A stretch of DNA of 38,731 bases from Octopus bimaculoides (taxonomy: Eukaryota), in contig NC_068999.1 in assembly GCF_001194135.2 (NCBI RefSeq), positions 14,080,226-14,118,956 of the forward strand, read 5' to 3'. Under the pieces are notes generated by a model. The model was not told the origin of the DNA. It saw only the letters and a program-made list of their open reading frames with translations, and ran no database searches. Position numbers and translations under genes: made by a program. Of the stretch, positions 37,976 through 38,731 are shown one piece after another; position 1 is the first letter of the stretch, and every line of letters begins with the position of its first letter.

Positions 37976-38731
37976 CATATACGTTAAGGTATTTGTTTAG
38001 TTATATGAGTCTCAGTAACATCTATGTCTACAATGCATATGGTTCATTTACCTCCTGGGCATACATAAATTTTGAATTCTAATATATTGGCATACCAGGA
38101 GAATTTGCCTTCAAATTAGATACGTATTCGTATTTAAATTTATACTAGCACGCGCTTGCGCACACATACACACCCTCACACACAAACACAAAGACACACA
38201 ATCATATATGAATATATACTTATATTTATTTACTCACCAACCGAATAAATTATTCAGAATTTAAAATTGACTTTCAATATACCAATCAATTATGAATCCA
38301 TTTCTGATAGGTGATGAAAGGCAATCATGCGATACAGCTATATTTATATAGAAGAGCAGCAGAATATAAGTAATAACAATTTTACATCGAATAAGGGGGT
38401 GATAATACTATCAAAAAAAAAGGGTTTCCGCCATGTTTTTCCTCCATCCTAAATTGACCCATATCCCCGCAAGAAGCGATACTGAACAATACAATGAACA
38501 TTTTCCTTTTCTTCGAACTCAAATCTCAAGATCGCATACTCACGTCATCTACGCCCAGTAATGATCCATATCTCTCTAAGTATGTATCTATCCAGGCCTA
38601 TAATTATTTCTCAATTTATCTATACACGTAGACAAACATACACATATAGGGGGCATATATAGATATATATGCTCAAACGCACAAGGAATTAGTAATGTCT
38701 ATATAATTGTATATACTCGCATGCTTCCATA

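Noticed and set aside
1-38731. CRISPR arrays, operons, rRNA, telomeric arrays
   Set aside because: No repeat-spacer periodicity, prokaryotic gene structure, rRNA motifs or (TTAGGG)n seen.

Overview
AT-rich eukaryotic, repeat-dense intronic/intergenic DNA with ten N-gaps (about 2.5 kb in total), most flanked by microsatellites. The SINE families resemble those I know from octopus, so an Octopus assembly is likely (inference, not checked). No intact gene is visible; most listed ORFs are microsatellite or N-gap artefacts. Supportable content: nine tRNA-derived SINE copies of about four families, a frameshifted Penelope-like GIY-YIG endonuclease fragment (8400-8820, -), a mariner relic with its 5' TIR (27565-28133, -), a 2.6-kb heavily decayed transposase-like region (29760-32330, -) and weak + strand micro-exon candidates. 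The most interesting signal is three hammerhead-ribozyme-like folds of the minimal, palindromic-stem-III type known from Penelope-like elements. One lies in a 292-bp element bounded by perfect 40-bp inverted repeats (2798-2842), one in the tail of a tRNA-headed SINE (27465-27505), and one is a degenerate solo copy (10188-10243). All folds and translations were done by eye; no searches were run.
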